From assembly GCF_009914755.1 (NCBI RefSeq), contig NC_060925.1: 64,000 bases of DNA, one strand, 5' to 3'. Below the pieces are notes generated by a model, which had not been told where the DNA came from, made no database searches, and worked only from the letters and a program-made list of their open reading frames with translations. This DNA comes from the human T2T-CHM13v2.0 reference genome, Homo sapiens. The translations under genes and the position numbers were made by a program. Positions 29,200 to 45,310 of this stretch are shown here, piece after piece (the stretch's first letter is position 1; each line of letters opens with the position of its first letter).

Positions 29200-29430
29200 A
29201 AGCACTCAGTAAATGTCAGCACCGTGCCAGGCCCTGTATTGGATGCTTTACATGCATCATCTCATTCAATCCTCACAACAACCTCATGAGTCTTAAGCAT
29301 CATCATCACTTTTACAGACGCAAAACCTGAAAAAACAGGAGGACTGAGTAGAAAGCTAAGGGCACACAACTTGCAAGCAGCACTGCCAGAGCTGAAACAG
29401 GGTCTCCTTGACCTAAGTCCATGCTTTTAG
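29200..29430 (-). mobile_element. MIR
   Basis: atctcattcaatcctcacaacaacc...ttttacaga. Confidence 0.6.
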
Positions 29431-29599
29431 CCTTTTCCCATCCTTCCCTGAGCTGGAAATAAGGAGCTGGGCTTTTAAATCCTCAGGCATGTCACTTCTG
29501 TTCTCTAGCCCAGTCCTCGGTACTTCAGGCAGAGAAATGGTTGGATGACTTCTAATAGCTTTTGGCTCTGGTGTTTCTTGTGATTAGAGAGAAAAGTTC

Positions 29600-30245
29600 C
29601 TTGTAGCCACTATATCCCCAATGCTTAGAGTGAGACAATATACACATTAAAAAATGAACACATTTCCAGATAGGTACAAGTGCTATAAAGAAAATTAATT
29701 AGGGTAATAGGCTATGGACCAGAGAGTACCTGAGGATCTAGGGCTCCTTTAGATGGGATAGAAAAGGACTTTCTGAGGCAGCTACATTCAAGCTGAGACT
29801 ATCCTGGGGTATGTAGGAGGCAGAGGTTATAGCATATGTGAAATCCCTGAAGTAGGGATGAGCTAGCTGTGTTCAAGAGATTGAAAGCACTGTGTGGCTG
29901 GAAGAGCGTAAGGTATAAGGGGTTGAGGGTATGCAATGAGGATGGATAGATGAGGCAAGCAGGGGCCAGATCATGCGGGGTCTTATGGGTCAGGGAAGGA
30001 GACTAGGCTTTTAATTGCAAGATGAAGCCACTTGGAGGAATGAAGCCAAATCTGACTCACATTGTCAAAGATTATTCTTGCTGCTGTGAAGAGCATGGAG
30101 TGTCAAAGGTCAAGAATGGGGAAGGAAACAAGATAGAAGGCTATGGCTAAAGTGCAGGTGAGAGATGATGGCAGCTGAACTAGTGTTTTAAGTAGAGGTA
30201 GGGAAAAGTAGCTGGTAGAGCTGACTAGACATGGTGATAGAAGTG
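29600..30245 (+). mobile_element. L2 fragment
   Basis: ggccagatcatg..gtcttat, caggtgagagatgatgg L2 signatures; strand tentative. Confidence 0.55.
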
Positions 30246-31789
30246 TAAGGGGTTTTGTCCTATAGGAGGTGCTCTTTTCCTACAACTACTCCCTAAGTCC
30301 ATCTCTCACTTCATATCTGGGTTTAGCCCAGAGCAATCAGCACATGGCATTTCCCTGGCCACAGTGACTGCTTTCAGGGCAGTCCACAGGGACTTTTGTT
30401 TCATGGAAAGTAGAGCCTCCCGGCCTGGCTGGATAGAAAGTACATAACCCCAACTGCTGCTGGTAGTCATCCTAGGAGGGGAAGAAACTTAAGGAAGAAA
30501 CAGCCTAAGAGAAAGCTGATACTATGGATGGCAGATGGAGAGACCAAGATCTTGATGATATTGTTGAGCCTTTGAATTTACCAACCCAGATGTTCACTCA
30601 ACCCCTGGACTTTCTATTTAGTAAGGCAATGAACTTCTTTCATTATCGCCAGTGTGAGTTGAATTTCACTCACAACTCTAAGTATCCTAATTTATATACT
30701 AACGGTATCTAGGAACTCCAAACCTGACTTAAGTATGCATAAGCATAGGAAACAAGCCTGGAATAGAATTAATTCCTGGGCTTTAAAAAAAGACAGTAAC
30801 TGATTTTGAAAAGTGGGTTCAAAAATTCTGTAGAATTAGAAATTTGTATTTTTAGCTTCTGCCATGACCTGTCATTAATGGATTACATAAATTCATACTT
30901 CTTGTTGTCTTTGCATGAGTCCAAACACCACATAAGCAGTACGGCAGGCTGCTGCTCAGTAAAGAGTACGAGGTAATTCATAGGTAGATGAATGAAAGGT
31001 GCCTATTCAGAGATGCATTTTACATGCATGGTGCCTAGCCTAGGTAAAAAATCATCATTGCTACACTGTGATATGGACAAGGGCATTACAGTCTTTAGTC
31101 ATCTGCCTAGGCAGGTCCAATATCTACAATACATTCCTCAAAGTCTTCGCTTGGCCTGGGTGACCTCTTCCTACTTCAGCTGATTTCTGCTCAAATCTGT
31201 TATCTCTGTCATTTAAATAGAATTATAAAGATAAGTCAAGTATATTACAAAATCATGAGTAGGGAATTCAAGTTTGGCACCGAATTGTCCAGAATGGTAC
31301 TTGCCATAAAATGATGCTGGAGAGAGGAAATCCCTACTTAAATTTGTATGAGTATTTGGTTAATCTCACATCTGATTTTCTCATCATTTCATTCTCAAAC
31401 ACCAGCATAATACTTGGCACATAGTAGGTGTTCAGTAAGTATTTGTTGAACAAATGAAAGTTTTATCACAGAATTCTGGTCAGCTATGTAAATCACAAGA
31501 AGTGAAAGCTGCAAAAAAACAAATTTGCAAAAGGATCTATTATCTTCTTCCCACATTATTTTAAGACCTCAGAAAAGCTATCACCCCTGAAAGTGTAAGG
31601 GTAATTGAATTGTTTCTACAGCTATTTTACATCTGTGTCAAACATTCAATATCCCTAGTGATGCTGGTAAGTTGGCAAACTAAAGGACAACAATTCCAAA
31701 TATTTTAACATTCTGATTATATAGCTCTCTGGCCAGTTTACTCCCAGACACACATTCAGGATAAACACATACTCAACATTAAATGACTA

Positions 31790-31795
31790 TTTATT
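31790..31795 (-). terminator. UBE2T: UBE2T polyadenylation signal AATAAA
   Basis: TTTATT on +, about 155 nt past the stop, followed on - by GU-rich gttgagtatgtgttt. Confidence 0.8.
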
Positions 31796-31950
31796 TTTCA
31801 GGTTTAAAAGATTTCAAAATACATATGTACAAGATAAATAAACTACACAAAAATTATGTCATCAAATATATTTAAAAAAAAATTCAAGGTAGGCAACTTA
31901 GATCACCTTGGCAAAGAACACATTAACTAAGATGAACCAGGACAAGTCCC

Positions 31951-32076
31951 CTAAACATCAGGATGAAATTTCTTTTCTATGCCTACTAGCTGACTGGCCT
32001 TCCTTTTCTGTGTTGAGTTGTGTACTCTGGAGTCACCAGCCTCTGGTAGATTATCAAGCATCTCTTCCTCATCAGC
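31951..32076 (-). CDS. UBE2T: UBE2T exon 7 CDS, ADEEEMLDNLPEAGDSRVHNSTQKRKASQLVGIEKKFHPDV*
   Basis: ctctttag| acceptor on -; TAG at 31951-31953; coding exons total 594 nt. Confidence 0.97.
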   Translation of the reverse strand, partial: ADEEEMLDNLPEAGDSRVHNSTQKRKASQLVGIEKKFHPDV

Positions 32077-32742
32077 CTAAAGAGGAGACAGGGTGAAACA
32101 CAGTAAGGTTCACACAAATGCCAGGATGGAGAAAAATGAAGCTCTGTAATATTATTTCCATGTACTTCTTTGTTGCAAGATTTAAATACAGTATTATGCA
32201 TACGATATTCTCTCAAAGACATCTTCCTCAATTTTTTTGTTTTAATTTTTATTTCTTTTTACAAGTAACACCACTGCTATTTAACTCAATCTGAAAGATG
32301 GCATAACTCAGCAAGAACTATGATGTGCTACTTTCCATGTTCCTGTAATTTGAATTTTGCTAAATGAGGAAATTCTATCAACCTGAAGTTTTTCCTTTAA
32401 CTTTCTTCCATGAATGGTCCCCTAAGAAAAGTTTCCCCCATCTCTGCAACTAGTCCCTGCAAATATAGATTCTTCTCAGTGTTAAAAGGACAACTTAGAA
32501 AAAAAGAATCTGAGACACCACTCCACTATCCCTGCTACCTGCAATATAAAAAAAATTAACAAGATGCTGCCTGCCGTCTAGTGTTGCCCAATAGGTGACA
32601 ACTGTTATGAAACATCTACTGTTAGTTGAGCTATTAGGCTATTTTGCTGAATGATTATTTAGAAGGTTGCAATAGGAGAAAAAGATTAACTAGTCATTCT
32701 AGAGTTCAGTACAAATTTGGCAAATCTAAAAAACATTATTTA

Positions 32743-33059
<317 letters not shown>

Positions 33060-33122
33060 TTATACATATATACTTTATACTATATATACTTAATTAACTG
33101 ACAATAGTAGCAAACATTATAC

Positions 33123-33206
33123 CTTTTGTTTCTGTCTTGCATGCTTCTCTGTCCACTGTCTGGCATTCTTGAGGAAGGCTGGCTTATTATATTTAAATTC
33201 TGAGGA
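33123..33206 (-). CDS. UBE2T: UBE2T exon 6, 84 nt, SSEFKYNKPAFLKNARQWTEKHARQKQK
   Basis: atctcag| and |gtataa on -; C-terminal helix of the UBC fold. Confidence 0.97.
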
Positions 33207-33349
33207 CTGAGATGAAGTCAAAGAAAAGAGTTAATGGAGAAAAACATGATTTGCAGTGGTTAGAGCTGCTGCAGCTATCCTCACACAGGGAGAGTTAGCG
33301 GTATAGACAAGGTAGGATATGTGTTGCAGAGGAAAATGGGGATATTTAC

Positions 33350-33448
33350 TATGTCAGCCATGAGCGGGTCATCAGGGTTGGGTTCTGACATGAGCAGCTG
33401 AATAGAGGTCAACACAGTTGCGATGTTGAGGGATGGTCTCCAAGCACC
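33350..33448 (-). CDS. UBE2T: UBE2T exon 5, 99 nt, [33 protein letters not shown]
   Basis: tatag| and |gtaaat on -; WxP and PNPDDPL E2 motifs. Confidence 0.97.
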
Positions 33449-33550
33449 CTATATACAAACAGATGAACAGTTGCTTTTATATTAGAATGTGATCCTCTAA
33501 TTCAAGTTTAATAGATGAAGAAAACAGAATGCTGTAGAGTCAACCATTTA

Positions 33551-33697
<147 letters not shown>

Positions 33698-34354
33698 TCA
33701 TTACATAATTTTGCTTCTAAATACATTTAAATAGTTTCTTGGTCACAATAATTTTGGTATTATAGAAATGTCAGGGAGACTGCCTTTGGGAGGCAAACTT
33801 TCTCTCTTCCTAAATTTTCACTATGAAAATTTAAAATAAATCAGTTTGAAATAACAGTATTGAAAACATCCATATATCTACCACCTGGATTCAAGCCACT
33901 TTACCTCTAAATACTCCAGCATATCTTCTAAGAATAAGAACATTCTCCCATATAAATGCAATACTATTACCCCTATGAAAAATTTAAGAACTAATTCCCT
34001 AATATCATTTACTGTTCAGATTTCAGTTGTTCTCCCCAGTTTTTTTTTTTTATTGCTGGGTTTTTCAAAACAGGACCCAATTACAATTCATACGTTGCAT
34101 TTGGTTATTATGTATCTTTAGTGAGACACCGACCTTGCAAAGTTCCCAGTCTATTTTTAGAACTGATGCACCACATGATTATTAAGCTGTTCTCCCAAGA
34201 CTTTAACAAGTTTGGCCAGGATCTGACCTAGTGATTAGATGTCTATGTTTCAACTGTCAGATAGTCATTTCTTCCCTTCCCCGTTCTGTACAAAACTACA
34301 ACTGTAACTCACCTGATGAGAGCCTTAAAGGAGACTTGAATTAAAAGGGGCCTT

Positions 34355-34657
34355 AACCATAAAAAGAACGAGATCATGGTCTTTGCAGGAACAGAAAGCC
34401 AAATACCACATGCTCTCATTTATAAGTGGGAGCTAAATGATGAGAACATATGGACACAAAGAGGGGAACGACAGACACTGGGGCCTACCTGAGGGTGGAG
34501 GGTGGGAGGACAGAGAAGGGCAAAACTACTGGATACTAGGCTTAGTACCTGGGTGACAAAATAATCTGTACAACAAATCCCCGTGATATCATGAGTTTAC
34601 CTATATAACAAACTTGCACATGTACCCCGGAACCTAAAATAAATGTTAAAAGAAAAA
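34355..34657 (+). mobile_element. L1PA (old primate) 3' end
   Basis: ataagtgggagctaaatgatgagaac...aacttgcacatgtacccc..aacctaaaataaa. Confidence 0.85.
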
Positions 34658-34687
34658 GCCGGGGGGAGCTTAATGTTAAGAAAGCAC

Positions 34688-34892
34688 AATAGTGGTTGCC
34701 AGGGGCTGAGAGCGGGGAGAAATGGGGAGTTAGAGTTTAATGGCTATGAAGTTTCAGTGTAGGAGGATGAAAAGTTCTGGAGATAAATGTTGGTGATGGT
34801 TGCATAACAATGTGAATGTATTTAATACCACTGAACTGTACACTTAAAAATGGTCAACTTTATGTTATGTATATTTTATCACAATTTAGAAA
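34688..34892 (+). mobile_element. L1MB-like 3' end
   Basis: gtggttgccagggg...aaagttctggagat...cactgaactgtacacttaaaaatgg. Confidence 0.8.
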
Positions 34893-35101
34893 GTGAGGGG
34901 GTCTTTGATGTGATCTCGCCCATTGTTCTGGAGAAGGAAACTGAACTCCAGAGAGAGAAAATAACTTGGTCGAGGTCACCTTAAGTCATGATAAGGCCAG
35001 GATTAAAACCTAGTCCTTTATGCTCTATCTACTACATTGCTCTGTCTCCCAATTTATAAATGCACTTCACCATGTAGGTTGAGAAGCTGATTCATACTAA
35101 C

Positions 35102-35171
35102 CTCTCAGGAATGATAACTTCTAGCTTAAAAACACCTTTCTCATAAGGTGTGTTGGCTCCACCTAATATTT
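35102..35171 (-). CDS. UBE2T: UBE2T exon 3, 70 nt, ILGGANTPYEKGVFKLEVIIPE
   Basis: ttttaag| and |gttagt on -; TPYExGxF E2 motif. Confidence 0.97.
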
Positions 35172-35758
35172 CTTAAAAGAAAAAAGAAAGAAAAAGTTAA
35201 AAGGGAATCAGATCATTTGAATTACTACCATATGGAGCTAATGAGGTCTATGGTCCTAATAGAGAAACTAGGCCTAGGACAATAATTCTCTGCCAGGACT
35301 TTAACAAGTCCTCATGCAACACACCACAATGCTAATGTACTCAAAAAGTTAATGGTGTCAAACAAAGGACATATAGAAAATCTAAAGCAGAAGTTGCAAA
35401 ATGCTGGCCACAAGACCAAATACAACCTATAGATTTGTTTTGTTTGGACCGCAGTATTCTAATCATGTATGTTTCCCATCTGGCCTCACAGATATTTGAG
35501 ATGGTTATCTTTGATCTAAACACTGCTTCACTGCTTTAAATCTTGGCTATAAATCAGCATAAGGTATAATAAAAAGTCAAAGAAGCAAGAAATGTCAAGC
35601 AAACCTTTTATAAATGTAAACAAATTTGGGTAGAAAGATGGTAGGGCACTCTGACCTTATAACTGCTCCTTACTTTAGAAGAATACACAAAATGTTTTAT
35701 TTCAGCACAATCTTCAATAGGGTCATGACTTTCATCATATACATGATTTGATACCTAC

Positions 35759-35867
35759 GAGCTCGCAGGTCATCCATTTGGTCTTTATCTTGCCAACATG
35801 TGATGCCTGGGGGTGGCTCTGTGGCTAACATGTGCAGCTCTCTCTTCAGACGTGAAGCTCTCTGCAT
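35759..35867 (-). CDS. UBE2T: UBE2T exon 2 CDS, MQRASRLKRELHMLATEPPPGITCWQDKDQMDDLRA; the exon extends to 35931 with 64 nt of 5' UTR
   Basis: ATG at 35867, RLxxEL E2 helix 1; donor |gtaggt, acceptor ttctcctccag| at 35932. Confidence 0.97.
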
Positions 35868-36029
35868 GATCCCCAAGTAGAAGGAACCACACACAGTTCA
35901 CTGCTCCACACTAAGAGCTGCCTGGGATGCACTGGAGGAGAAAAGAGGTGACCATAAAATCATCAGCAATAATGACTATGAAGTTTTCAGCAAACAGCTT
36001 CAATGTAGTGAGGGTGGGGGACAGAGTCC

Positions 36030-36591
<562 letters not shown>

Positions 36592-37062
36592 TAAAATAAA
36601 GAACTAAAAATGCAAAAAGTTCTACAAAAAATAAAAACACTAAAGGTTTTAAATAATGGGTGTTTCCACTGATAAATTATAAACTCATGAGGCCAGGCCT
36701 GGGTCTGATTTTGCTTACTATTGTAGCCTTAGCATGCCTGTCATAGTAAGGGATTTGACAAATATTTGCTGTTGTGAGGAAGTCTACATATGCTTTGTGA
36801 GAGCAAGAATGGTAGAGATAGTCAACATTCTCAGGTACAAACAAATGTTAAATGTCCGAGTTTCTCTCCATGTGCTATGGATTCCACCTTCTCCCAATCT
36901 TCAGGGATACCATTCCATCAATTATTCCATCTTTCTTACCCTCAATGTTCAAATATGCTCAAAGTCTCTCTCACCTAAAACCAACACCTACACACATATT
37001 CACCCAACACTCTTCTCAACTCTAGTTCTCTCTTTACTAACCAAGCAAAGGACACTAATCCC

Positions 37063-37351
37063 TTTTGTTTTTTAGACGGAGTCTCGGTCTGTTGCCCAGG
37101 CTGGAGTGCAGTGGTGCGATCTCGGCTCACTGCAACCTCAGCCTTCCGGGTTCAAGCAATTCTCTGCCTCAGCCTCCCGAGCAGCTGGCATTACAGACGC
37201 CCGCCACCACGCCCGGCTACTTTTTGTATTTTTAGCAGAGATGGGGTTTCACCATCTTGGCCAGGCTGGTCTTGAACTCCTGACCTCGTGATCCACCCAC
37301 CTCAGCCTCCCAAAGTGCTAGGATTACAGGCGTGAGCCACCGCGCCCAGCC
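37063..37351 (-). mobile_element. AluS
   Basis: Reverse dimer; TSD-like ACACYAATCCYTT. Confidence 0.9.
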
Positions 37352-37359
37352 AACACCAA

Positions 37360-39545
37360 TCCTTTAATGTGTTACAAATATCCCCCAGTTTGTGCTTATC
37401 TTTCCATGTTGTACATGGTGTCTTTCAATAAACACATACTCTTAACATAATCAATCTTAAAATCTCTTTCTTTACATTTATACTTTGTGTATTAAATTTT
37501 TCCTTACCCCCAAATGTAGAGATATTCCTACATAGCCTTCAAATATTTTATAATTTTGCTATTCAAATTTAAATATTGAATCCACTAGGAATTGAATTTT
37601 ATGTATAGTGAGTGAGGTGGGGGTCCAATTTAAAGTTTTTCCCCATATGAATAGTCAATTGTTCTAACATCATTTACTGAATCAGTCCATCCTTTCCCTG
37701 CTGATATTACTATAAATTAAATTTCTATATGTGTGGATTTGTTTTGGGACTCTTGAATTTGTTCCACTGGTCAAGTGGATTATTTCTGAGACAATACTCC
37801 ACTGTTTGAATTACTATAGCTTATTCATTTTTTATTATTTAAATTTTTTCCCAGCTTTACTGAGGTATAACTGGCAAATACAAATTGTATATATTTAAGG
37901 TGTACAATGTGATGTTTTACTATAGCTTATCCACCTGGTCTTTTTCTTCAGGAATGACTTGATTATTCTTGACTCTTTGCTCTTCCATATAAATTTGAGA
38001 ATCAGTTCATAAGTCCATAAATATATACATAAATATGTATATCTGAAATTATAATCCAAATCATAACAGGGTTCTGTGGTTTGGATTGTAATTTTATTGA
38101 TGCTATAGATCAATTTGGAGATAACTGATATCTTTATGATATTGAATCCTAAGATCCATGAACACGCTGTTTCAGTCTTTTTTTTGATGCTTTCCAAAGG
38201 TTTTATAATTTTCTCTATAAAGCTTTATCTAATTTTTGTTAGACTGATTTCTAAGTATTTATATTTTTGCTATCTTTTCAAAAACACTATTTTCTACCCA
38301 TTTCTTACTGATACATGTAAATCTAATTGATTTTTTTTTATTTTTTTGAGATGGAGTTTTGCTCTTGTTGCCCAGGCTGGAGTGCAATGGTGTGCTCTTG
38401 GCTCACCGCAATCTCCACCTCCTGGGTTCAAGCGATTCTCCTGCCTCAGCCTCCTGAGTAGCTGGCGTTACAGGCATGCACCATTAGGCCCAGCTAATAT
38501 TGTATTTTTTTAGTAAAGACAGGGTTTCTCCATGTTAGTGAGGCTGGTCTCGAACCACGGACCTCAGGTGATCCACCCATCTCAGCCTCTCAAAGTGCTG
38601 GGATTACAGGCATGAGCCACCTCGCCCAGCCAATCTAACTGATTTTTAACCAAAGCCTTAGTAATGCTAATGATGAATCTATTTGGGGTGGGGAGCAGTC
38701 TGGGAATGGTAATTCCACACTGCCAATCATGTCATCCACATATAATCAAGTTTATTTCTTCCCTTCTAATTCTTTTCCTGCCTTCTATTCTGACAGTAAC
38801 TTCTAGTACAATGTTAAATGAAAAAGCTGATAGCTGGGCCAAGCACGCTGGCATGAGCCTGTAATCCCAGCTACTCAGGAGGCTAAGGTGGGAGGATGAC
38901 CTGAGCCCGGGGAGACTGAGGCTGTAGTGAGCCATGATTGTGCCACTGCACTCCAGCCTGGGAGGCAGAGTGAGACCCTGTCTAAACAACAGCCAAAAAA
39001 AAAAAAGAAAAAAGAAAGAAAGAAAAGCTGATAGTTGGCATTCTTGTCAGATTTCTAACCTTAAAGGGAAAGCTTTTAACACTATGCTAATCAGTAAGAC
39101 TGGCCTATAACTGTCCTTTCTAATTTTGTCTTTATTAGCTATCAAGGTTATGCTAGCCTCCTAAAATGAGTTAGGGAGTATTGCCTCCTTTTTTTTTTTT
39201 TTTTTTTTTTTAACATATTGTGGATTAGTCCAAGAGATAATTTGTTACTAGGTTGTCTGGAATAACTCCATCTGATCCTGGTGTTTTCATTTTGAGAAAA
39301 TTTTAACCTACAAATCCAATTTACTTAAATCTTATTCAAGTTATTTATTCTTGCATCAATTTTGGCAAGTTAAATTTTTCCACAAATTTATCTATTACAT
39401 GCAATTTTCAATTTATTTGTATAATGTTTTATCTTTTTAATCTGTAGTTATCTATGGTTATGTTTCCATTTTCATTTCTAACACTGTTTATCTGTGCCAT
39501 CTTTTCTTTGATCAGTCTTGCTGGGCATGTATCAACCAAAAGGAA
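37360..39545 (-). mobile_element. Degenerate L1M ORF2 region interrupted by Alus (38330-38631 -, 38835-39025 +)
   Basis: ORF 37895-38197 contains L1 ORF2-like peptides (CSWI..NIIKIS..KLIY, LILKFIWK). Confidence 0.75.
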
Positions 39546-39739
39546 GTTCAAGTTTTGGTTCCACTGGAAAGAATAAAAATTTATGACAAAAATAGAAAAT
39601 GAGAAAAAATACTTTTTTCTTAAAAATAAAGATTTTTTGCTGGAAGTGTTTTGTACTTCAAGATCACGCCACTGCACCCCAGCCTGGGCGATAGATTAGG
39701 ACTCTGTCTCAAAAAAAAAAAAAAAAAAAAAACATCTTC

Positions 39740-40825
<1,086 letters not shown>

Positions 40826-41406
40826 GTAAAAGTATCACAAGTATAAAGTATACCTTTATATAAAATGAGAACAGTGGAAAGCCATGGTAAAAGGATTAGA
40901 ACAAGCAAGACAATTTCTCCCAAGGAAGCAACCAGACTCCAGCCTCACTATGTTAACCAAAATTGGCATATGCCATTCTTTGGCTCAAATGCCATGAATA
41001 ACTGCCTATTTTTCAGGGTATAAAGGTTCTTTACAATCTAACCCTTATATCCCGCCTTATATCCAGTATCTACTCTCCACAAACTCATGCTTCAGCCACA
41101 CTGCACTATTCCTGCTGCCCATAAAAGTTTTATTCTTTCACACCTTTAGATATTAAAGGTTACATATTAAATCACAACTCCTTCTCCAGTAATGCCTCCC
41201 CACCACTCACACCTTTCCAACGTCACCCTCTGTGCGTCTACATCTATTTGCATCGTGTTCTAATTCACCTGACAGTTTCTTCTCCTTAGGAGGAATTCCT
41301 TGACAGCAGGTCCCTAGTCTTTTTTTGTATCAAGTCTGCAGTAAATTTGGATAATTAATGAACGAAACGTGGGTTTGGACCAGATGTTGAAGAAGACAAA
41401 AGAACA

Positions 41407-41767
<361 letters not shown>

Positions 41768-41789
41768 CTAGTGGCAAATTTCTCCCTGC

Positions 41790-42300
41790 TGTGGCAGGAG
41801 GACGGCTCGGGGGAGCTCTGACCACGATTTCATGCAAAGATACGGTGAGACCCTCCGCTCAACAGTGGCTTTTCTAAGGCTCTCCTTTCAGAGGAGACGA
41901 AAACTCCCATATTAGGCGGAAACAGGACTCCTTCCCCCCAAGACTCAGTGACCTTCTCCAGTGTACCTTCTTTCAGATGGGGAACCGGAATACTCTCCTT
42001 GCTTACCTGAGCTGACACCCCTCACAACGCAGCAACGCGCGGACCAACGGGGTACCAGCGCCTGCGCGACCTCTGACTGTTGGCGTGGCTCCGCCCCCTG
42101 TCTGGGGAAGATTGTGATTGGCCCACAGTAATCCACCGGGAAAGAAGCGCAGCCACCGCTCCTCTCTATTGGCCAGTGCTCTGAACGCTCACGCATTCAA
42201 ATGAGAGCGCGCGCTGGGCGCAGCCATTCAGCTTCCTACACCCTGCGGCTGAACCCTGAGACGTCATCCGGCAGTCCAAATTCGGTTACAAAGTCGGCTC
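41790..42300 (-). promoter_or_regulatory. UBE2T: UBE2T CpG-island promoter: GC box 42091-42098, CCAAT boxes 42117-42121 and 42168-42172, CHR-like TTTGAA 42196-42201
   Basis: Motifs read directly; local CpG enrichment. Confidence 0.75.
42007..42078 (-). other. UBE2T: UBE2T non-coding exon 1 (TSS approximate)
   Basis: CpG-rich segment ending CAG|GTAAGC on -; promoter motifs immediately upstream. Confidence 0.8.
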
Positions 42301-42661
42301 TGCCAGACCAAGGAAGGAGCTGGAAATCGTTTCTTAGCAAGAACAATGAAAGAAACCAGAAATATTTAATCTGGAAAAGAGAATACGTGATAGCTGTCTT
42401 CCTTTATTTTTTTTCACATGGGAGATTTTACTACTTCAGAGGACACGTTTATTCAGAGGACACATTTAAGGACAACGGATGAAAGTCTAAGAGATGCAGA
42501 ACTTAGTTCAATAAAGCATTCTATCAATTAGAACTCTGAAGAACAAAGTAGGTAGGGTAGTGAATTCCTTCATCACTGGAAATGTTCAAGTGGAAGTTAG
42601 GTCATCACTTGTTAGGGATAGTGCAGAAAGGATCCTTGCACTGGGTGGCAGTTTGGAATAG

Positions 42662-42971
<310 letters not shown>

Positions 42972-43257
42972 TAGATGACTTTTAAACCATCTTCCAACGC
43001 TAGATGCATGGTACTTTCTGAACAAGGAAGAACCTGTTTATAGTTAAGCCAACCTTAACTTCTCAGAGCTGCCTCTGCCAGAGGCCAATGCTTCATGAGC
43101 GCTGAAAGATGGCACAGACCTGACTTAATCTAAAGCACATGGCTGGAACTTGACTAGCCTTTGGAAATGCTGTGGGTGGAAAAACAAAACAAGCAAAAAG
43201 CCAACCCTCATCTGACTGCTCTCAGCTCACTGTGTAGCTTTGGAACAACGATGGTAA

Positions 43258-43322
43258 TACTAATAGTAATTTATTATTATTACTATTATTTATTACTATT
43301 ATACTATTTATTACTATTATTG
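43258..43322. repeat. AT-rich low-complexity (TACTATTATT-like) repeat
   Basis: Seen directly. Confidence 0.8.
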
Positions 43323-44339
43323 GTAACAGAGTAATAATCAGTCTCTTTCTAAACTTGTAAATCAGTATAATTTTGGCCACTGCAGTGATGTCTACATCTA
43401 GTCAAAACTGGTGTTAAGTGGCAAATGGTTCCCCATAGCCATTGTGTGGGGTGTTTTCTCTCAAGGGCACCACATGTTCACTAGGACTCTGTGATGCTCC
43501 CCTGGGGTTCCTCACCTTAGTTGTAGGAATAAACCAACTACAGTAGTTTATTAATTATTATAAAGTTGTGAAACAAACATAAGGAATCCCATTCTTGTCC
43601 AGTCTAATTCCAGTTTGCTGTTGGGGGTTTGCATTTATTGTTAGCATTTACTCAGCATTTAGTGAAGTGTTTTCTGTCATAATTGAGTTCCTGCTTATTT
43701 TACTACTGATGTTTTGTTTTAGTCCTTTCAATACCTGTCTTTATTTTCTTCCTGCCCCAATTGTAATTGTATCTCAATTACAGTTCTGTCTTCAGAACTG
43801 AAATTGATTACTTCCTTGGGTGGTTCTCTGAGAAATAGGTCTTAAAAATGTCTCTTAAAAAAGCAAGAACTGTATTGAGTCCGGTGGAAAAGAGAGATGG
43901 TTTGATAAAATAAGTAAATCCCTATAATTTTGGCAACAGAGAGGAAAGAAAAAAGGATAGAAGACAAAAGAGGAAGGAAGAAAAGGAGGTAGAGAGGGAG
44001 GAAGAAAACAAAGAGAAAGAAAAAAAAGAACCCCATACACTAAATGTACAGTTTCCATTTGTCCACCAGAGGGGGTATGTTAACTGGTGGGAATAGAGGC
44101 CAGGCTAAAAGATTTTCATAAACTTTTTACAGGTGTCATTGTTTTTAAAAATGGAGCATTCTAATGTTATAATTTATTTTTAAATTATAGCTATGAAAAT
44201 TATTATTTTATGAAGGTTTCTTCACTTTACAACACATCATAGCAGGCTCACTTAGTACTTATAAAAGTATAAAAATTGTATTTTATTTTTATACAGTAGT
44301 ATTTGTCAGGATTTACTCACTAGTATATGAAAATATATC

Positions 44340-44863
<524 letters not shown>

Positions 44864-45310
44864 AAGGAATGGAGTACTTATTTAGGAAATTTAAATTACC
44901 ATACTTGTTTAATGAGCTGATTGTGTAAGTTATTCTCAGAAAGCCCTAGTTGGGAAAGATGTTTTAGAAAAAATAGGATTTCAATTTGAAAAAACTTTTC
45001 AAGTCATTAGAGGTAGATGAATGTTTTCATGGCATTTTTTTTGGCTGAGCCTGTAAAATTAATTAGATTATAATAATTATTACTACTTTCAATAATCATA
45101 TAGCCAGAAGGTATATTCCTCTATCTCCAAGTAGATATGCACTTAAATGATCCAAGGAATTTAACTACTTACACTTTTGTGTAAAATCTCCAAAGAAGGT
45201 ATTACACTCTTACTTCCACAGGAAAAAAAAGAAAAGAAGCAAATAAAATAGGTATGGTAAGGAAGTACTTCTGGCTTCCTGGAACTTCCTTATATTGAGA
45301 CTGAATTCTT

